From: Cyanophora paradoxa CCMP329
Taxonomy: Eukaryota; Plantae; Glaucophyta
Length of the DNA: 64,000 bases
Assembly: GCA_004431415.1 (NCBI GenBank)
Contig: QPMI01000400.1
Coordinates: 124,001 to 188,000, forward strand
Direction: 5' to 3'
Shown here: piece after piece, positions 59,870 to 64,000 of the stretch
How positions within the stretch are numbered: the first letter of the stretch is position 1
How the letters are laid out: every line of letters starts with the position of its first letter
Made by a program: the position numbers and the translations under genes
The notes under the pieces: generated by a model
Told to the model about the DNA's origin: nothing
The model's database searches: none
What the model saw: only the letters and a program-made list of their open reading frames with translations

Positions 59870-61228
59870 TTGTTTTGCTTGCTGGGGTTCGATTGTGACC
59901 CGTTGCAGCACAAAGACCACATTTAATTCAGGGTTGTCAATTGTCAGCTGAATTAATTGTTGGAGTGCTATGTCGTCTCCGGGGGTGATCTGAGATGGAG
60001 TACAAATCATGATGAATCGGTGCTTTATGACTGAAACAACCTCACCAATACTGAATTCAGTTTGTTCGCAAAGAGACTAGTAATGCATAATCCACGATTT
60101 TTTAGGAAATCTATTTTATATTTGGCCCTTGGAAGATTCCGATCTTGTACGTCTGGATCTGCTTCTTCGAAAAAGATGTGAAGTGGTAAATTTGTTGAGT
60201 GCTGCTTGGCTTGGCTCATTTGTGCGTCCAGCTGTAGAATAAACGAGTAGTAAATCAGCCAATATCATCAGACAAGCAGTAAGTGGTACTGACGGAAAGA
60301 AGCTCATGAACAGATGCATGATGGCATGATTCAACTTGAATCTGATTGTTTGGTGTTGGATGCACAATAATTTATCACAAACCACACATTTGACTCACGC
60401 GTTCCAACGACATATTCAGCAGCTACTGGATTCTAGGCCTACTCGGCAATATGCTGCAGAATGGGCTGTCAGGTGTGTGTGGAGATCTGTCTAGAAAGCA
60501 CGCACAGGGTGTGCACTTTTATAAAGCTAACGATGCCGTGCAAGTTGCCAAGTTGCAGAACGCTCTTGAAGAGTGTCCTGAAGGGCCCACAAGGTGCTTT
60601 TTTGATGCAGTTTGCCACAGGCCTGCTGTGAGTAAGAGAGATAAGAGATAGAGCGATTTCGTTCAGTCAGGAGCAAGGAGATGCCAGCAGATAAAGCACC
60701 TGCACAGTTCTAAATACAGTTGCCACTTGCCTGCACGTTCACAGTCCACAGTGCAATGTTACCACACTGCAGAACGTGTGCTAGCAGAGAGACACAAACG
60801 AAATCATTCAATTAGCAACATGAAGATGCCAGGAGAAGTGCACCTGTCGAATGTCACAGCGTTTGCCTCGTCAACGTCGGATGCAGTCGACGTTGGCACA
60901 CACGTCAGCCTGGAATCACTGTTCTGGCGATCGTCGGTGCGCAGAATCGATGATATTATGATTGAATACCTTCGATTGCGATGTCGCTGATGTTGCAGCA
61001 CACACCTGAGGCGAGCTGGGGAAGTTGGCGTCCTCGCCCTGGACAACGCGCGGATTGCTGATAAACGTCGTGCACGATGGATGCTGATGCTGCGTAGCTG
61101 TGCGGAAGAAGCGGGGGAGCGGCGGGTGGCGACTGTGCTTTCTTGGCTCGTCTGGGGTACAACGAACCAAAACACCGGGGTACGCAAAGCCCAAAGAAAG
61201 GAGCCCGCCGGCGCATGGGCTGCTGCAA

Positions 61229-64000
61229 ATGAAGCGCGGAATACGAGATGCGGCGAGACTGCCGCTCGCGATGCTGGTGCTCGCGGCGGCGGGTCTCGTC
61301 GCGGCGGCGCCGGGACCCGCGCCGGAGAGCCCCTGCCCCGCCGGCTTTGGCGGCCGCTCCTGCAACGTGTGCATGAAAGATACCGCGTGCCCCAGCAGCA
61401 CTGTGTGCGCTCACGGCATCTACTTCTTCAACGAGATGTGCGTCCATCGCCCGCTGCCGCCCATCTGCTCTGACACCGAGTTTCTCATAACGCGCAGGCA
61501 CGTCGGCTGCGATGCCGGTGTGGCCCTTTCGCGCCCTGGCGTTCAACGGCGCCGTTTGAAAGGCGCACGCTGATCCTTCGGCGCAGGGAGGGACCTGCGC
61601 GTCATCGGCGGTACGGATCTGACGCTCTCTTGCGACCGCTCCACTCGCACCTGCGGGTATCAGGGCGCGCTGCTTGCTGGTGTAGCGCTCCCGCCATCTT
61701 TGCGCTGACGCCGGGCGCCAGTGTTCAGCGCTTCCGAGCGGATCTATCACTGCGGACTCTCAGGATGCAACTTCACCTCTGTTGCCGACCAGCGCACGTC
61801 GACGGTCGTCGAAGCGGAGTGCGCGAACACCATGTGCACCTGCGACGGCAACTGCGGCTTTCTCCGCGTCTTCAGTGCGTCCTTGCGACCAGCCGCGCTG
61901 CTCGGCTAATGCTTATCGTGCTGCGCAGTGAAGTATGCGTCCGACCCGACTCACATCTCCTGCGACCGATCAACCTCCGTCTGCCGCATTCAACGTGCGC
62001 CAAACAAGCTTTCCTTGCGAGGCTTTCGCTTACTGATCCGCATGCAGAAAGCCAAATGTGTGACCGTGCCCGTTTGTGTTTGTGTGTCCGGCGCGTTGCT
62101 GACTTGCGCGCAGGCCCTTCAAGCCCGTCGTGACGTGTACGTTGGCGGGCACCTGCGTCGACCCGGTCGCAGCCATGGGCATCGTCGATCTCGTGCAGGT
62201 ACTCGTGTCCGCCGCCCGATCGGTGGCAGCCCTCCGCCTCACGCGCTGTGCAGGAAGAGCAGCAGGGCTCCGGAGGCATGACGAGCAAGACGCGCTCCAT
62301 CATCGTAGTCTGCTGCGTCGTCGGCGGCGCCATCACGGCCACCGCCGCTGCCTACTTTTGCACCAGCCGCGGCGTCCTGGAGCAGCGCGGTGCGCTGCCT
62401 GCCCTGCCCCGCCCCGCCCGTCGCGCGCGCCTCACACTTGACTCAGACGGCCTCACCCCGCGGCGACCTCCCGGCGTATCGCTTCAGTTTCAGGCCATTT
62501 CCGTCTCGGACTACGTGGAGCCCCAAACGCTCTGGACGCGCGCCTCGAACTGGGTCCGCCCCTCCGCCAGCCTCTCGTCCCCCTGCGCGAGGCGAGGGGC
62601 CGGCCAGGTGTCAGGTCGCGAGCCGGCGATGCGCGAGGTGCTGGACGGCGTCTTCGGCGAGTGCCCCAAGGGCTTCCTCATGGCCATCATGGGCGACGCG
62701 GGTGCGGCCCGTCCCCCGCGCGCGCCGCTGCCCCGCCCGACGGGCGAGGGGCGCAGGCGCGGAGGCGTCTCGGGCGCGGGTGCTGATGGACGTGCTGAGC
62801 GGGCGGAAGAGCACGGGGCGGGTGGAGGGCCAGGTCCTCGTCGACGGCGAGCCGGCCAACGGCGAACTCCTCTCCGCCATCTCGGGGTCCGTTCCCGTCC
62901 CGTCCCGCCCCGCCCCGCCCCGCCCCCGCGCGGCCGGCCTGACTCCCCGCTGCAGATACGTGACGCAGGCGCAGGAGGACCTCAACCCGCTGCTGACCGT
63001 CCGCGAGACGCTCACCTTCTCCGCCATGCTCAAGCTGCCTCGCGACATGGACAAGGGTGCGCGCCGCCGCCGCCACGCGTATGCACGCGCTGACGGGACG
63101 GCGGGGGCAGTGCTGAAGGTGAACCGGGTGGAGGACACGCTGAAGGAGCTGCAGCTGGTGTCGGTGGCGGAGAGCCGGGTGGGGCGGGGCCACGAGGACG
63201 GGGGCATCGGGGGCGCCGACCGCCGCCGCCTCTCCATCGGCAACGAGCTCGTCACGCAGCCGGCGATCCTCTTCCTCGAGGAGGCACGCCCGCCTGCCCG
63301 CCCACCCGTCGCCCGCCGCCGCGCTGGGCGACCGATGCTGAGCCGCGGGGCGCAGCCGACGGCGGGGCTGGACTCGCAGAGCGCGCACAGCGTCGTGCGG
63401 ACGCTGCAGTCGCTGTGCAAGCGGCACTCGACGACGATCCTCTTCACGATGCAGCAGCCGCGGACGAACATGCTGCGGGCGCTGGACCGGCTCCTCCTCC
63501 TCTGCCGCGGGCGCTCGATCTACAGCGGCCCGACGACGGAGCTGGCGCGGCACTTCGAGCTGCTGGGGCGCCCCCTGCCGCCGGGCCAGGAGCTCCCCGA
63601 GTACCTCCTCGACATGGTCGGCAACCTCACCAACGAGGAGCTCCGCAAGCTCGTCGCCTCCGCCATGCCCTTCCCCGTCCGCATCGACACCGCCGGGCCC
63701 GCCCCGGCCCCGGCCCCCGGCGCCCCCGCCCCCGCCGGCGCCTCCTCCCCCGCCGGTGCAGCGGTGGCGCTCCCGGCGGGGCCGGTGCCCTCGCCGGCGG
63801 CGGCGAGCCTGCGGGGGGACCGGACGCTGCTGCTGGAGCCCGAGCAGCGGCGCTCCAAGCTGACCTCCTCGGGGGTCTTCTACACCACCGACGGCTCCAT
63901 CAAGAAGCCCGCGCGCTCCCTCCCCGGTGCGCCGCCCCGCCCGCCCGCCCGACGCCGGCGGCCGGGAGCGAGCGAGCGGGCGGGGGCGGGGGCGGCAGGG
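61229..64000 (+). CDS. ADP1-like ABCG protein: signal peptide, EGF/Cys-rich ectodomain, TM helix and degenerate NBD (runs off the right edge)
   Basis: CPAGFGGRSCNVCMKDTAC; TM IIVVCCVVGGAITATAAAYF; LMDVLSGRKSTGRVEGQVLVDG; LTVRETLTFSAMLKLP; RRRLSIGNELV; PTAGLDS. Confidence 0.85.

Larger units (their letters stand above)
57963..60413 (-). pseudogene. AT-rich 11-exon gene (456 aa when repaired), unknown product, interrupted in exon 4 by a TSD-flanked insertion
   Basis: Exons 60413-60399, 60341-60294, 60231-60046, 59989-59611 (minus 180 bp), 59562-59403, 59346-59210, 59141-59051, 58986-58889, 58517-58453, 58395-58240 and 58178-57963. All 10 introns are GT-AG with compatible phases. The exons sum to 1371 nt, ATG to TAG, with no internal stop. 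Confidence 0.8.
54600..61000. other. AT-rich, CpG-depleted island rich in mobile-element remnants
   Basis: Composition falls from ~80% GC to visibly below 40% at 57960-60400 with graded edges. Contains duplications, TSD-flanked inserts and inverted repeats. Boundaries are approximate. Confidence 0.85.

Noticed and set aside
57963-60413. Contaminant or chimeric contig as the source of the AT-rich gene
   Set aside because: Composition grades smoothly into host genes on both sides and intron lengths match the host. Not fully excluded without read mapping.
60451-61000. Second gene on the + strand starting 37 bp from the AT-rich gene's ATG
   Set aside because: Splice-like sites exist, but I could not build a consistent frame or recognise a product.

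Overview
Gene-dense, extremely GC-rich eukaryotic DNA (gene bodies roughly 80% GC by eye) from a flagellated, intron-rich unicell. An RST-domain TAF4 hints at an Archaeplastida-like lineage, but the taxon cannot be fixed from this window. Most long six-frame ORFs are GC artefacts; the real genes are split by many ~55-90 nt introns. Left to right: MSH6-like (partial), INTS14, DFR-like reductase, CTL/SLC44, LYRM9, a CBM35/PSI surface protein, an IPT-STELLO-GT fusion, NFX1, DMAP1 with polyQ tail, a secreted TPR-FkbM methyltransferase, TSC1, a HAD-IB hydrolase, TAF4, a small SYCE2-like coiled-coil gene, MATE, DNAAF1, a MIR-less PMT, an ankyrin-TRP channel and an EGF-ABCG (partial). A ~6 kb AT-rich, CpG-eroded island (~54.6-61 kb) holds mobile-element debris and a hidden 11-exon gene that the ORF track misses. 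Top observations: (1) a 309-bp near-perfect palindromic element in an intron, made of two inverted 144-bp TG..CA LTR-like units, each carrying tRNA-type Pol III A/B boxes and followed by a PBS-like TGGGGGC, with a 4-bp TSD; (2) G-rich and C-rich blocks that alternate in phase with exons and introns and flip synonymous codon choice; (3) roughly one in five introns using weak GC donors, but none in the AT-rich gene; (4) an ABCG NBD with all catalytic motifs degenerate. All gene models and family calls are hand-made from motif recognition; no searches were run.
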